The notes under the pieces are model-generated. The model was not told the DNA's origin and made no database searches. It was given only the letters and a program-made list of their open reading frames with translations. From positions 64,001-128,000 of the forward strand of contig CAVRJG010000054.1 in assembly GCA_963721455.1 (NCBI GenBank): DNA of 64,000 nucleotides, in the 5' to 3' direction. The position numbers and the translations under genes were made by a program. Below are positions 51,645 to 63,907 of this stretch, piece after piece (position 1 is the first letter of the stretch; each line of letters opens with the position of its first letter). The DNA is from an uncultured Methanosarcinaceae archaeon (GTDB lineage Archaea > Halobacteriota > Methanosarcinia > Methanosarcinales > Methanosarcinaceae).

Positions 51645-52342
51645 AGCCAGTTCACCTCCTTTCACCGAATTTAGCTCTCAAGGCAGTTTATAAGGGCTTC
51701 CCTCATTTTTTGATTAACTTTCAGTTTTTATCAATACTTATATAATAACCATTCTTTGTATATAATGGTGAGGATTTTTTAAAAATAGTATGATTTTTCC
51801 TTATCGAAAGACATCTATTTATATTTATTATTTGTTTTTTGCCTGAGCTGTGCCGCCTTTTCTTTTCATATTTTCATTATCTTTTTGCTCATATCTACAG
51901 GTAATTGTTGCCGGAAATACCCGGAGATTTTCTGTACCGACCGTTTTTCAATATAAATCTTTTCCCGGTTTCAGTAAAACGATTCTTTTCAAAAAAGTTA
52001 CCTTTTCTTTTTCCTGCTCCGGACCAGCGATATTTATAATGGGGCTTTAAAATGTCTTTTTCTAGAAAAGGTTTTTAAAGCTTGATTATTTCTTTTGAAT
52101 GGATCAGTCTTGAAAAGCACTCCATTATGAAGGACAGATGAATAACAAATTTTATCAACCTGGTTATATACAATTCGTTTAATACAGTTAATTATATATA
52201 GATTCTTAAATACTGTTATGTGAATTTAGTTCAAGGTTCTAATTAATATCTATTGTGACGGATATTAATTATTATTCAAAAGAAATATATCTTTGGGGAC
52301 AAAAACGGACCCATTTAACCTATAAACAGTAATCAGGAGTAA

Positions 52343-53335
<993 letters not shown>

Positions 53336-53432
53336 TTTTATTACATCCTGCATAATATTTTTATCTTCCTATTATATTTTTAAAAACATCTTGTCTGTAA
53401 GGCAAGCACATCAAGGCATTGGAGGTAACTGA

Positions 53433-54473
53433 TTGCCACCAAAGATTGCAGAAGTCATTGAACATGACGTATGCGCAGCCTGTGGAGCATGCGAGGCCGT
53501 ATGTCCCATAGGGGCTGTTACCGTAAAGAAGGCGGCAGAAATTCGAGATCCGAATAATCTGAGCCTTTATGAGAAAGGGGCTGGATATCAGGTTTGTGAA
53601 GGTTGCTTAACCTGCAGCAGGGTCTGTCCGGTAGTAGACGGATTCATCGAGAACGAACTTGCAAATGTGCGCAAGTTTTTTGCCGCAAAGTCCAGAGACA
53701 GTACCGGTAGCCAGGATGGAGGAGTGACCAGCGGTATCCTTAAATCCCTTTTCAAGCAAGGCAAAATAGACTGCGCCATCGGAATTACCCGAAACGAGAA
53801 ATGGGAACCTGAAGTAGTTTTACTGACAAGTGCGGAAGACGTCGAGAGGACAAGGGGAACCAAGTACACCTCCGACCCGGTTGTTGCAGCTCTCAGGGAA
53901 GCTTTCGAAAAGTATGACCGGATTGCAGTTGTAGGGGTGCCCTGCCAGGTTCATTCTGCACGGCTGATCCGGGATAATGTAAACGAAAAGATCGTGCTTA
54001 TTATCGGCTTGCTCTGTATGGAAAGTTTCCATCATGAGGTTATGCTTGAAAAGATCATTCCCGATGTCCTTAAAGTCAAGATCGAAGACGTCAGGAAGAT
54101 GGAGTTCACCAAAGGTAAATTCTGGGTCTACACCGATGACGGCGAGGTTCACTCAGTACCCATTAAGGATGTGGCCAAGTACGCCCGGAACCCCTGCCAC
54201 CACTGCTGTGACTACACTTCGGTCTTTGCCGACATTTCGGTAGGTTCTGTTGGGGCTCCTGACGGGTGGAACTCGGTCTTTCTAAGGACAGATGTCGGAG
54301 AGAAATACTTTGATATGGTCCGCGACGAAATGGAAATCATGGAAGATCCCAAGCCGGGCCTCGAACTTGTAGGAAAGCTTATCGATATGAAGCGCAAAAA
54401 CAATGCTGAACATTTTCTGGAAGTCTGTAAAGAGTTCAGCTTTGAGACAGGAATCCGTAATGAAACGATCTGA
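53433..54473 (+). CDS. fpoF: F420H2 dehydrogenase subunit F
   Basis: 2x[4Fe-4S] CxxCxxCxxxCP plus FrhB-like QDGGVTS, GTKY, VGVPCQ; located downstream of mer. Confidence 0.9.
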   Translation: MPPKIAEVIEHDVCAACGACEAVCPIGAVTVKKAAEIRDPNNLSLYEKGAGYQVCEGCLTCSRVCPVVDGFIENELANVRKFFAAKSRDSTGSQDGGVTSGILKSLFKQGKIDCAIGITRNEKWEPEVVLLTSAEDVERTRGTKYTSDPVVAALREAFEKYDRIAVVGVPCQVHSARLIRDNVNEKIVLIIGLLCMESFHHEVMLEKIIPDVLKVKIEDVRKMEFTKGKFWVYTDDGEVHSVPIKDVAKYARNPCHHCCDYTSVFADISVGSVGAPDGWNSVFLRTDVGEKYFDMVRDEMEIMEDPKPGLELVGKLIDMKRKNNAEHFLEVCKEFSFETGIRNETI

Positions 54474-54516
54474 AATCAGAATATATCCAGAAAGATAACC
54501 CAAATACAATTAGAGG

Positions 54517-55050
54517 TTGGAACCCGGGATGATACGAGCTTTCTACATTGGACGTTTTCAACCGTATCATTTCGGGCACCATACCATAATTACGCGGATC
54601 GCAGAAGAGGTTGACGAACTGGTCGTAGGCATAGGAAGTGCCCAGAAAAGTCATGAAGCCACTGATCCGTTTACGGCAGGCGAAAGGGTGCTGATGCTAT
54701 ACAACGCGCTTGAAAATCTCCCTATCCGCCATTATGTTCTCCCTATCGAAGACGTCAGGTATAACTCTATCTGGGTCCACCATGTTGCGTCCCGAACGCC
54801 CAATTTTGAAGTAGTCTATTCGAACAATCCGCTGGTTATCCAGCTCTTCCGGGAAGCCGGGGTTTGCGTAAAAGAATCTCCTCTTTATGTTCGGGAAAGG
54901 TACTCAGGCACGGAAATCCGAAGACGTATGGTCGCAGGGGAAAAATGGGAACATCTTGTTCCAAAATCAATTGTGGAAGTAGTCAGGGAAATCGACGGAG
55001 TAACTCGCCTTAGGAATGTTTCTGCCAGTGATAGTAACTCTTCGTTGTAA
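54517..55050 (+). CDS. nadM: nicotinamide-nucleotide adenylyltransferase
   Basis: YIGRFQPYHFGH, IGSAQ.SH...PFTAGER, SGTEIR. Confidence 0.92.
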   Translation: MEPGMIRAFYIGRFQPYHFGHHTIITRIAEEVDELVVGIGSAQKSHEATDPFTAGERVLMLYNALENLPIRHYVLPIEDVRYNSIWVHHVASRTPNFEVVYSNNPLVIQLFREAGVCVKESPLYVRERYSGTEIRRRMVAGEKWEHLVPKSIVEVVREIDGVTRLRNVSASDSNSSL

Positions 55051-55103
55051 CATTTTTATAATGATTTTATAGTCTGTTTTCTTCCTCTAAATCTAGCCTC
55101 TCT

Positions 55104-55273
55104 TTATTCTTTAGTTCCCTTATTCTTTAGTTCCCTTATTCTTCAGTTCCTTTATTCTTTAGTTTCTCTACTTTTCATCTTTCTCTACTTTTCATCTTTC
55201 TCTACTTTTCATCTTTCTCTACTTTTCATCTTTCTCTACTTTTCATCTTTCTCTACTTATCACCTTTCTCTAC
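55104..55273. repeat. compound 17-bp VNTR (TTATTCTTTAGTTCCCT about x4, then TTTCTCTACTTTTCATC about x6)
   Basis: Seen directly; no unique spacers. Confidence 0.85.
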
Positions 55274-55849
55274 CAAGCCATCAAATTCTTGAGATTCGCA
55301 GAGATGAATTTTATTGATAATTTTCGGATTTTCTAATAATCTAAATGCAGCTATTTTTCTTGCTATACGTTAGCATCAACTCATTATACATTTTTTAGAG
55401 AAGTGGGTGAACCAAACAATTTGATATATGTTTAAGAGAAAATTTCTTATAAAAGAAGGTACTATTTCTATTTGTGTACTCTTAAAACTTTTTCATACAA
55501 ATATACGGTCATTTTCGATGTGTTTTGTGATAATGCGTTTCAACGTTTAACCTGAATTTGACTTTCCAGGTTAACTGCTGCAACGGATATTCTGATAAGA
55601 CACGTTGATAAGTGCCTTTAATCCGAAGAAGTTATAGGTACATAAACTTTTAAGACATACAGTTTAATTTTCAACTGTTTGTTAAGAAATAGTACAGAAA
55701 GATCACTCAATCATATGAAAATATATCTCCCTGATAAATCGGGGGGTTTAATCCGGAAGAGTATATTTTCATTGTCAGTGAGAATTGGATTTAAAAACCA
55801 ATAGCTTTGAAAATTTTTATGATTGAGTGTATACTATGGAGGAAATATT

Positions 55850-56323
55850 ATGCGAAGAACTATATTCAAGACAATATGTGTTTTTACGCTGGTCTTCTTT
55901 GTCATGTCAATGACAGGAGCAGCAGCATGCAGTAAAGCTAAAGTAGATGCAAAAGATGATAAATTTGGTGTTGACCTTTGTAAAAAATCTAATTGTTTTA
56001 ACGTACTGAAGAATGACAAGGGATGCGTCAAAGTTGTGACTACAGGAACTATCAAGACCGCAAAGGGCGGCCAGGTGAAGATGAAGAGTAACGGCAGTTT
56101 TTGCTATGTAAAGCCGGTTTCCTGTTCTAAAAACAGTGACAGCTTCACATACAAGACAGTAGGCAAGAACGGAAAATTCGACACTGCAAAAGTTACACTG
56201 AACTTCAAATGCACTGACTGCTTAAAGAAGTCTTCTTCAGGCAGTTGCTCTTCAGGTAGCTGCTCTTCAGGTAGCTGCTCTTCAGGTAGCTGCTCTTCAG
56301 GGTCTTGCTCCACCTGTAACTAA
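55850..56323 (+). CDS. secreted Ig/cadherin-like domain protein with an (SSGSC)5 Cys-rich tail
   Basis: Signal peptide MRRTIFK..AAA; AKDD...NVLKND...G.V...NGSF.Y...DSFTY..V pattern; 15-bp repeats at about 56233-56310. Confidence 0.75.
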   Translation: MRRTIFKTICVFTLVFFVMSMTGAAACSKAKVDAKDDKFGVDLCKKSNCFNVLKNDKGCVKVVTTGTIKTAKGGQVKMKSNGSFCYVKPVSCSKNSDSFTYKTVGKNGKFDTAKVTLNFKCTDCLKKSSSGSCSSGSCSSGSCSSGSCSSGSCSTCN

Positions 56324-56399
56324 GCACTTTTAAGGGAAAAGGAAGTTTTAATCTTCCGGGGATCTGATCCCCATCTCCCTTACTACTTTTAAAAAATAA

Positions 56400-56948
56400 T
56401 TAAGGAACCAGATCAATCCAGTCAATGGATCCGGGTTCATACTCCGACAACTTTTCTTCACTGCCGCTTAAAATGTAATCTATGATTTTTTCGATATCCT
56501 GTCCGGTTTCTTCAATTCTTTTTCCTGTCGTATCGACTTCAAAAACCTTTTTGCACCACTCAAAAGCTTCAACCAGGATTACGTCGAGAGCTTCGGCCTC
56601 AAAGTTTTCTCTTATTTTCTCTTCCGAATAGCCGCGTGTTTTCAGCCTCATTTTTAGTTCAGGCGGATATGCTCTGAGTATGATAACAATATCCGCAATG
56701 TAATGGGCAAGGTGACTTTCAAGAATTATTACCTCATTTTCCTTTCCATTAATTATCTCTGCAAGGTGCTCCCGGACAAGTTCCATATCTGCAATGACCG
56801 CATCCCTTTTCTCATCAATTTCGGTGTAAAGATGTTCCTCTTTGATCAGGTCATTAAGGTGGATTATCTTCCAGTGCCTTTTTCCTCCAATAAATTTACT
56901 TACTGAGGTTTTTCCAGTACCCGGTGTACCGGTGAGTCCTATTAACAT
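56400..56948 (-). CDS. adenylate kinase AK6/Fap7 family
   Basis: TGTPGTGKT, LESHLAH, RLKTRGYSEEKIREN.EAE. Confidence 0.9.
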   Translation of the reverse strand: MLIGLTGTPGTGKTSVSKFIGGKRHWKIIHLNDLIKEEHLYTEIDEKRDAVIADMELVREHLAEIINGKENEVIILESHLAHYIADIVIILRAYPPELKMRLKTRGYSEEKIRENFEAEALDVILVEAFEWCKKVFEVDTTGKRIEETGQDIEKIIDYILSGSEEKLSEYEPGSIDWIDLVP

Positions 56949-57309
56949 GTAGAGGAAAATGAATTTATAGCAGTTATACTTAATGCAACCCTGAGGGAAT
57001 CAGTACCGAATACTCAGGCCTATTGTCTCGTCTGCTTCTCAATCCAGGAAGTCTCACCTGCAGCTTTGATACTGCTTTTTTAGAGTCATATTTTACTAAA
57101 AAAGAACTCTTTTTTTAAGAATTAACTTTGCAAATTTTTCGGCTTTCCCCTCTACGGGTCATTTGCCGGGAGATGAATCCTGCTTCACGAAAACTAAAAA
57201 TGTCAGGTCCAGAAAAAATCCCAGACCGAAATTTCCACAAAATGCTGGAGATGATCGCAACAATATATTTTTCTATCTGGATTTCTTTGTAATGTCAATC
57301 AGAACCATT

Positions 57310-57540
57310 TTATTCTTTCAAAGTCCCGACAACAGGATAATCCTTAAATATTTCAGGCCCATGTGGTGCCTCGTCCATTTCTTCAGTGAGGTCCTTCCCG
57401 GCATCGTGAAGCCCCTGGTGGGTACCTTCTTCCCATAGGTAACTGTCTGAGACATCATAGACCTGGCCTTGATAGGCAACATATACTTTCCCATTTTTAC
57501 CGTTGTACTCTTCAAGTTCTTCAAGTGTGTATTCTTTCAT
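57310..57540 (-). CDS. cytochrome b5-like heme/steroid-binding domain protein
   Basis: YTLEEL..YNG, VYDVS, H.AGKDLT, APHG. Confidence 0.87.
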   Translation of the reverse strand: MKEYTLEELEEYNGKNGKVYVAYQGQVYDVSDSYLWEEGTHQGLHDAGKDLTEEMDEAPHGPEIFKDYPVVGTLKE

Positions 57541-57604
57541 TTTCCATATCTCCATTCTGATTTATAATAATTCGCTTGATTGGTGCCTGCAATTTCGGCT
57601 GCAG

Positions 57605-59698
57605 TCATACATTTAACATTTTTAACATTTCATTGATTTCAGTAGTCGGAAGCTGGCATTCATAGTTCTGGCAGACATATGCAGTAGCTTTTCCTTCTAT
57701 GGGGACCTGCATTTTCGTATATGTTGCAAGATTTGTAATTTCGGGATCTTTTCCTTCTGGCCTGAATACCAGCACTTTATTAGGAATGAAATAAGTCCAG
57801 AGCTCTTCGAGCATATGTCCTGTATCCGGAGCTTCATGTTTTCCCGCGATTACCACTTCATATGCAGGACCCAACCCGAAGTCAAGAGCTGACAGGAACT
57901 GGGTATATCCTGATGGTATTTTTCTGATCAGTTTTGAAAAAGCGCGTTCCAGACCTTCAGCTATATCTTCCAGTTCAGGATTTGCAGTCATTCTGGAAAG
58001 CCGAAGAAGATTCAACATCTCAATGGAATTCCCGGATGGCATAGCTGCGTCCGCAAATTCTTTTTTCCTGAAGATAAGCGATTCACTGTCATCGGCGGTA
58101 AAGAAGAGCCCCCCATGAACAGGATCCCAGAAGTGCTCAAGAAGTTCCCTATTAAGGCAAAGAGCTGCTTTAAGATAGCGCAGTTCAAATCCGGCCTCGT
58201 AAAGCTCGAGGAGTCCGTGGATCAGGAAAGCATAGTCATCGGCAGCTCCGGAAATGCCAGCTACTCCGTCTCTATAGCGGTGAAGCAATCGCTTATCGGG
58301 ACTGTAAAATCTCTTGAGGATGAAATCAGCGGCTTTCTCGGCTGCTTTCAAATACTTTTCCTCGCCAAAAGTCTGGAAACCTTTTGCAAGAGCTGCAATC
58401 ATAAGCCCATTCCAGTCGGTCAGAACTTTATCGTCTCTTGCAGGCCTTTTACGTTCGTTTCTGGCTGCCATGAGCTTTTCTTTAGCCAGTTTTACCCGGC
58501 TCTCAATCTCGTCAGTGGGAATTTTCAGTTCGGCGGCGAGAGATCCAGGAGAGAGGGGCATATAAAGGAGGTTAGTTCCGGTTTTTTTGCCTCTTATTTC
58601 TTCTTCAAAGTTACCTCCTTCCTTCAGATTGAACACTTTTATGATCAGTTCGGAATCCGAAGGGCTAAGAACATTCCTGATCTCTTCTAAAGTCCAGAGA
58701 TAATACGTTCCTTCTTCTCCTTCGACATCTGCATCTTCCCCACAGTAAAACCCACCTTCCGGAGACGTCAGATCTCTTAACACGTAATCAAGGATTCCCT
58801 CTGCCGCTTCTTTATATAGCTTTTTTCCGGTAACCTGATAGGTTTCTGTATATGCGGCTGCAATGAGTGCCTGGTCGTACAGCATTTTTTCAAAATGGGG
58901 GACAACCCACATTTTATCTGTGGAGTAGCGGTGGAAACCCGAACCCAGATGGTCATGGATTCCTCCCCTGTACATGTTATCCAGGGTATATTCTACCATA
59001 TGGAGGGCTTCAGGGTTTCCGCTGCGCCTCCAGTAGCGGAGCAAAAAGAAGATTTTGTGCGGAGTAGGAAACTTTGGAGCTCTTTCAAAGCCGCCATATT
59101 CACTGTCAAACGAACTCAGCAGTTCGTCATAAGCTTCCTCCATTATTGCTTCCCCTATCCCCTCTCCTGCAGACTCTGAGATCATATTCTGGATAGTATA
59201 TGTGATTTTTTCAGCCGAATCAAGCACTTCTTCATGCTGCCTGTCCCAGATCTCCTCTATTCTGGGCACGAGTTCTAGCATCCCTGTCTGGCTAAAACGG
59301 GATTTTTTCGGGATATAGGTTCCTGCAAAAAAGGGCTTCCTGTCCGGAGTCATGATAATATTCAGCGGCCAGCCGCCTCTTCCAAGAATAATCTGGCAGA
59401 CCGTCATGTAAACGTTGTCAATGTCTGGCCGTTCTTCCCGATCTACCTTTATGCAAACAAAAGCCCTGTTCATGAGTCCTGCTACTTCTTCATCCTCAAA
59501 AGATTCATGTGCCATTACATGACACCAGTGGCAGGTAGAATAACCAATTGAGAGAAAAATAGGTTTATTTTCGTTCCTTGCTTTTTCAAAAGCCTCTTCT
59601 CCCCAGGGATACCAGTCCACAGGATTATATGCATGTTGCAGGAGATACGGGCTCTTTTCATTGATCAGGCGGTTAGATTTTCTCTGTTCCTTCCCCAG
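57605..59698 (-). CDS. YyaL/DUF255 thioredoxin-domain plus six-hairpin protein
   Basis: [42 protein letters not shown]; start uncertain (CTG at 59698 after GGAGG). Confidence 0.9.
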   Translation of the reverse strand: MGKEQRKSNRLINEKSPYLLQHAYNPVDWYPWGEEAFEKARNENKPIFLSIGYSTCHWCHVMAHESFEDEEVAGLMNRAFVCIKVDREERPDIDNVYMTVCQIILGRGGWPLNIIMTPDRKPFFAGTYIPKKSRFSQTGMLELVPRIEEIWDRQHEEVLDSAEKITYTIQNMISESAGEGIGEAIMEEAYDELLSSFDSEYGGFERAPKFPTPHKIFFLLRYWRRSGNPEALHMVEYTLDNMYRGGIHDHLGSGFHRYSTDKMWVVPHFEKMLYDQALIAAAYTETYQVTGKKLYKEAAEGILDYVLRDLTSPEGGFYCGEDADVEGEEGTYYLWTLEEIRNVLSPSDSELIIKVFNLKEGGNFEEEIRGKKTGTNLLYMPLSPGSLAAELKIPTDEIESRVKLAKEKLMAARNERKRPARDDKVLTDWNGLMIAALAKGFQTFGEEKYLKAAEKAADFILKRFYSPDKRLLHRYRDGVAGISGAADDYAFLIHGLLELYEAGFELRYLKAALCLNRELLEHFWDPVHGGLFFTADDSESLIFRKKEFADAAMPSGNSIEMLNLLRLSRMTANPELEDIAEGLERAFSKLIRKIPSGYTQFLSALDFGLGPAYEVVIAGKHEAPDTGHMLEELWTYFIPNKVLVFRPEGKDPEITNLATYTKMQVPIEGKATAYVCQNYECQLPTTEINEMLKMLNV

Positions 59699-59718
59699 TA
59701 AAATCCCTCCGGCTTTTT

Positions 59719-59997
59719 TCAGGCTTCTATTTCTTGCCAGACAGGCACTCCGCCTTTCAGGACTTCCACTTTCCCGGAACCCTCCCTGGCCAGGATCCTG
59801 GCAGCTGTTATCGCCTGCACGCCTGAAAGACATACAATGGCGATTTCTCTTTCTCTCATGCTCTCAAATTCCAGTAATTTTAAATAATCCTGAAAATGGT
59901 CCTGCATCAAGTCTACAGGTGTGATGCTTTCCGATTCCTCTGTCTTTTGAATGCAGGCCTTACAGGGACGCGAATTTAACTCATTAATAGTGTCCAT
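59719..59997 (-). CDS. short or degenerate rhodanese-like protein
   Basis: [14 protein letters not shown]...G...V.VLKGG..W pattern; N-terminal half atypical. Confidence 0.5.
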   Translation of the reverse strand: MDTINELNSRPCKACIQKTEESESITPVDLMQDHFQDYLKLLEFESMREREIAIVCLSGVQAITAARILAREGSGKVEVLKGGVPVWQEIEA

Positions 59998-60384
59998 TCT
60001 AACTCCCCTCATCTAAACTCGCCAAATATTTAATTCCAAACGAATGGCCAACCTTGCAGCGGATTCGTTTATCTCTGGATGTAATGGTGATTTTTTTCTC
60101 AAGTTTCTGATGAATCCCCAAAACTGAAAAACTAGGTATAGCCAAATTTCCCCACTTTAAATATTCATCCCCTGAATATCAATATATCGGTATTTTGGCT
60201 GATCATTTTTCTAATATGATTAAAAAGTTAGAGAGGCAATTTTAGAAGCCGTGTGGGCAGAATACCTCTAGTTCGTAAACATTTATTTTAAGGCTCCTGC
60301 ATGTTTCTTCACAAAAAACAATTTATTGAACTGACGTGGCATTATTTCTGTGCTATTTATCATAGCTGTAATTTACAGAATATC

Positions 60385-61326
60385 TCAGGAGATGCCCTGT
60401 TTTTTTACTGGCTGAATCTGTCCAAGGTCTTCTCGTTTTTCCCCCTGATTTCCGATCTCCAGGAAGCTTACCACCTCTGAAACCCTGCACGATTGTTCCT
60501 GTTTTTTTTCGGCTTTCCGAGCCTGATATACCCTGATAGAACGAAGAAGGTCGATTTTTCGGAATTCTGGCCAGAAAGGAGCACAGAAATAAGTAGCACA
60601 TTCGCTTCCGTTAGCCTGCCAGGGAAGGAAATTAGAAACTCGTTCATCGCCGCCGGTGCGGATGATCAGATCCACATTCGGAACAGAGACTCCCGGGGCA
60701 GGATAGAGATGTTTAGAAATAAGATTTTCATCCACTTCTTCAAGGGAAAGTTTCCCGCTGGAAATACAGCCTGCAATGTCCCGGACAGCCTGAATTATGT
60801 CTTGCCTGCCTCCATAAGCAATGGCAACGTTCAGGTGAAATTCCCTGTAATTTTCTGTAGCTTCTTCTATCTTCTCAATTGACTCATTCAGGAAAGCAGG
60901 TAATTTTGACCTGTCTCCTATGGCGCGGACTTGCATTTCTTTTTCATGCGTCCTAGGGTCGGAATAAATTTTCAGGAACTTTTCGTTGATAAGATTAAAG
61001 AGACCGTCAACTTCTTCTTCGGAACGCTGGAAATTTTCCGTAGAAAAGGCATAAAGAGTAAGCTGTTTTACCCCTATCTCATAACACCACTCAATCACCC
61101 TTTCGGTAACTTCTGCTCCGATCGCATGCCCGACACTTCGGGCTTTTCCCAGCTGCCCCGCATACCTGCGGTTTCCGTCCATAATCACAGCTATATGATG
61201 CGGAATTTCGGAATTAAGAATTTCAATTTCGAGTCTCCGCTCATACTCAAGATAGAACATACTGAAGATGCGGTTTTTCAAAAAACGAAGTCCCGCCCGG
61301 AAGATTCCCCTGTTCCTAGGTACCAT
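60385..61326 (-). CDS. uppS: polyprenyl (undecaprenyl-type) diphosphate synthase
   Basis: [37 protein letters not shown]. Confidence 0.93.
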   Translation of the reverse strand: MVPRNRGIFRAGLRFLKNRIFSMFYLEYERRLEIEILNSEIPHHIAVIMDGNRRYAGQLGKARSVGHAIGAEVTERVIEWCYEIGVKQLTLYAFSTENFQRSEEEVDGLFNLINEKFLKIYSDPRTHEKEMQVRAIGDRSKLPAFLNESIEKIEEATENYREFHLNVAIAYGGRQDIIQAVRDIAGCISSGKLSLEEVDENLISKHLYPAPGVSVPNVDLIIRTGGDERVSNFLPWQANGSECATYFCAPFWPEFRKIDLLRSIRVYQARKAEKKQEQSCRVSEVVSFLEIGNQGEKREDLGQIQPVKKQGIS

Positions 61327-61579
61327 TTTTAGACTCTTTATGTGTTTTCCCTGAGAATATCCAGATCTCAGAACTGTCTGTGTAGATTTCTCTTAATAGA
61401 GTTTAATACCTTCTCTTGTTCAAGATATTAATATTTCTTTTGCTTACAAATCCTATATGCATGAAAAATCTACTTATATATTTATTATCCAGTTGCCCTG
61501 TTCTTTTGTCATATTTTGCATTGGTACAGCAGCAGTAAGCCAGTATATGCTACGGTAGCTTCCTCTCTAGCTGGGAACC

Positions 61580-61900
61580 TCAATTTAGGGACATAATGAA
61601 GCCTGTTAATGTTATTTGCAGGCTATTCCTGACAAATCCGTTCGATCTGCTCTGATTGATTATAAGATCCTTCATTTTTCTCATGATCTCATTAATTCCC
61701 ATCCACGATCCAGCACCAATTTTTGACAACTTGAGCCTGGAAACACATGGAAAGGGTGTGCTGTGGGATGTCACGGCCAACTGCAGACCGGTTCCTATTC
61801 TAGAATTCTCTCCAATTTTGATCCCTTTATGCTTATATTCCGAATTAATAGAAACACAAAATCCTATTTTTATAGGAACTGTGCTTCTTGGGCACGTATA
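61580..61900 (-). pseudogene. possible decayed hexapeptide-repeat acyltransferase fragment
   Basis: Open frame reading IKIGFCVSIN...IKIGENSRIGTG...KIGAGSWMGIN with no clear start. Confidence 0.3.
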
Positions 61901-61993
61901 TCTAATGGTCGGATTACTTTAGTATGCAGGCAATATATACCGACTTCTAATTTCAGCAAATACCTTGTTGACATTAAATAAGTATATTGAATT

Positions 61994-63567
61994 GTAACTA
62001 TTCAGCCATACCTTTAGTAAAAGCAATTTTTCCTCTTTCCGAGGAAAAATTGGATATAAAATGAATCAATTCTCTCCTTGATGAAACGTGAAGAGATTCT
62101 TGCTTTGTGTGCTTCAAACCCTGAAGTTATTGCTTACATTGAGAGTCTTGAATCTCAAATTAAAGAAATCACTGAAAGATTAGTAACCTTAGAGGCTCGT
62201 TTGAATCAAAACAGCCAAAATAGCAGTAAACCTCCTTCAACCGATGTTTTTTGTAATGAAAAACCTAAACCTAAGGGTCTGCGAAAGAGTAGCGGCAAAA
62301 AAGCTGGTGGCCAAAAAGGTCATCCTGGAAAGACTCTTGAAATGGTTGAAAACCCTGATTAGATTATATTCAATTCACCGGACTGCTGCGAAAATTGTGG
62401 TCATCATCTTGAATATACTGAAATTCAGGACTATGAACGCAGACAAGAAGCTGAAATTCCTCCTGTTCAAATCATATTTACTGAACATCGTTGTGAAATC
62501 AAGAAGTGTCCTCACTGCGGGAAAGTTAACAAAGGCTCTTTTCCAGAGTCTATAAAATTCCCAATTCAATATGGTCCTCGTCTTTTAGCCTCAATTCTGT
62601 ATTTTAGGAACTATCAATTGATTCCTTATGAAAGGACTTGTGATTTAGTAGAGGATGTCTACGGTATACGTATTAGCCCAGCTACCATAAAAAGAGCCGA
62701 AAAGGAATGTTTCCAGAAACTGGAACCTTTTGAAAAAGCTGCGATGGAACATCTATTAGCAGCCCATACTGCTTATTGTGACGAGACAGGGATGAGAGTT
62801 TTAGGGACGAAATGGTGGCTTCATGTTGTCTCAAACAGTCTGTGGACCTATTATTTCCCGCATCCTAAAAGAGGGACAGAAGCAATGGATGCTCTGGGAT
62901 TCCTTCCGAAATACAATGGAGTAGCAGTTCATGATGGATTCGCTTCATACAACAAGTATGAATGTGAACATGCTCTGTGCAACGCTCATCTTAAACGGGA
63001 ACTTACTGGAATTGAAGAGAATTTTGAGCAGCAATGGGCTAAAGAGATAAATGAACTCCTCAGTGAGATGAAAAAGTATACTGATGAATGCAGAGAGATG
63101 GAAATTTCAATAGATCCAGAAAAAGTAAGAGAATTCGAGAGAATATACGATGCAATAATTCAAGAAGGAATCGAAGAAAATCCACCTCCTGACATCTCTA
63201 AAGATATGGTGAAAAAGAAAGGAAGGCCAGCACAAACAAAAGCAAAGAATCTCCTTGATAGGTTCATAATACACAAGAAACCGATTCTGAGATTCCTAAA
63301 TAACCTGAGAGTTTCGTTTGATAACAATCAAGCAGAGCGAGACATCAGAATGATGAAGCTACAACAGAAAATTTCGGGAACTTTCCGAAGCATAGAAGGA
63401 GCGGTAGCTTTCTGCAGAATTAGGGCATACATATCCTCAATTAAAAAGAATGGCATGAATGTCATGGATGCTATTCTAGCGGCGCTCAATGGAGCGCCGC
63501 TATTATCCTGAGAATTGCAGCATTTTGCTGAAAAAACATACTTTTTCATCAGTGGCTGAATAGTTAC
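61994..63567 (+). mobile_element. IS66 family element (single-ORF type)
   Basis: Perfect TIR GTAACTATTCAGCCA / TGGCTGAATAGTTAC; flanked by TTGAATT on both sides. Confidence 0.93.
62081..63511 (+). CDS. IS66 transposase TnpC with one in-frame TAG at 62360-62362 (pyrrolysine/readthrough candidate)
   Basis: NSQNSSKPPSTD, GGQKGHPG, zinc-finger Cys pairs, DETG, HDG, CNAHLKREL, NNQAERDIR; frame continuous across the TAG (476 codons). Confidence 0.85.
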
Positions 63568-63574
63568 TTGAATT

Positions 63575-63770
63575 TTATCTATTCAGCCTGGGCAAAACAA
63601 CCTCAATAGCCATCTTTCATAAGATTTAATGAACAAATTTATCTGAATTAGTTTCCATTAATTGTTGGCTATTGATTACGTTTTTTATTTTTTATTGGCT
63701 AGTAATCACATTTATCTGTGATGTCAAAATCAATATCAATCAACTGATTTTGGGTAGGCTGAATAGTTAC
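63575..63770. mobile_element. 196-bp MITE with IS66-type ends (copy 3)
   Basis: TTATCTATTCAGCC (degenerate) ... GGCTGAATAGTTAC, followed by ATTGAATT. Confidence 0.82.
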
Positions 63771-63907
63771 ATTGAATTTATCGATACCCGCCTTAACATT
63801 ATATTGGACTCCTTTTTTGAGAACTATTTAACTAATAAAGGGGGCTGATCTGCCTATAATTTTTTGCTGGGTATTGATAAGTAGACACATTAGAGACGGG
63901 GAGGGGT

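Noticed and set aside
51700-52340. Regulator boxes (e.g. MsvR) between the stress cluster and mer
   Set aside because: No convincing palindrome could be identified by eye.
55104-55273. CRISPR-like appearance of short repeats
   Set aside because: Contiguous 17-bp units without unique spacers; no cas genes in the window.
59699-59833. N-terminal extension of the 742-aa ORF or a rhodanese-YyaL fusion
   Set aside because: The extension overlaps the rhodanese-like ORF in another frame and looks non-protein-like.
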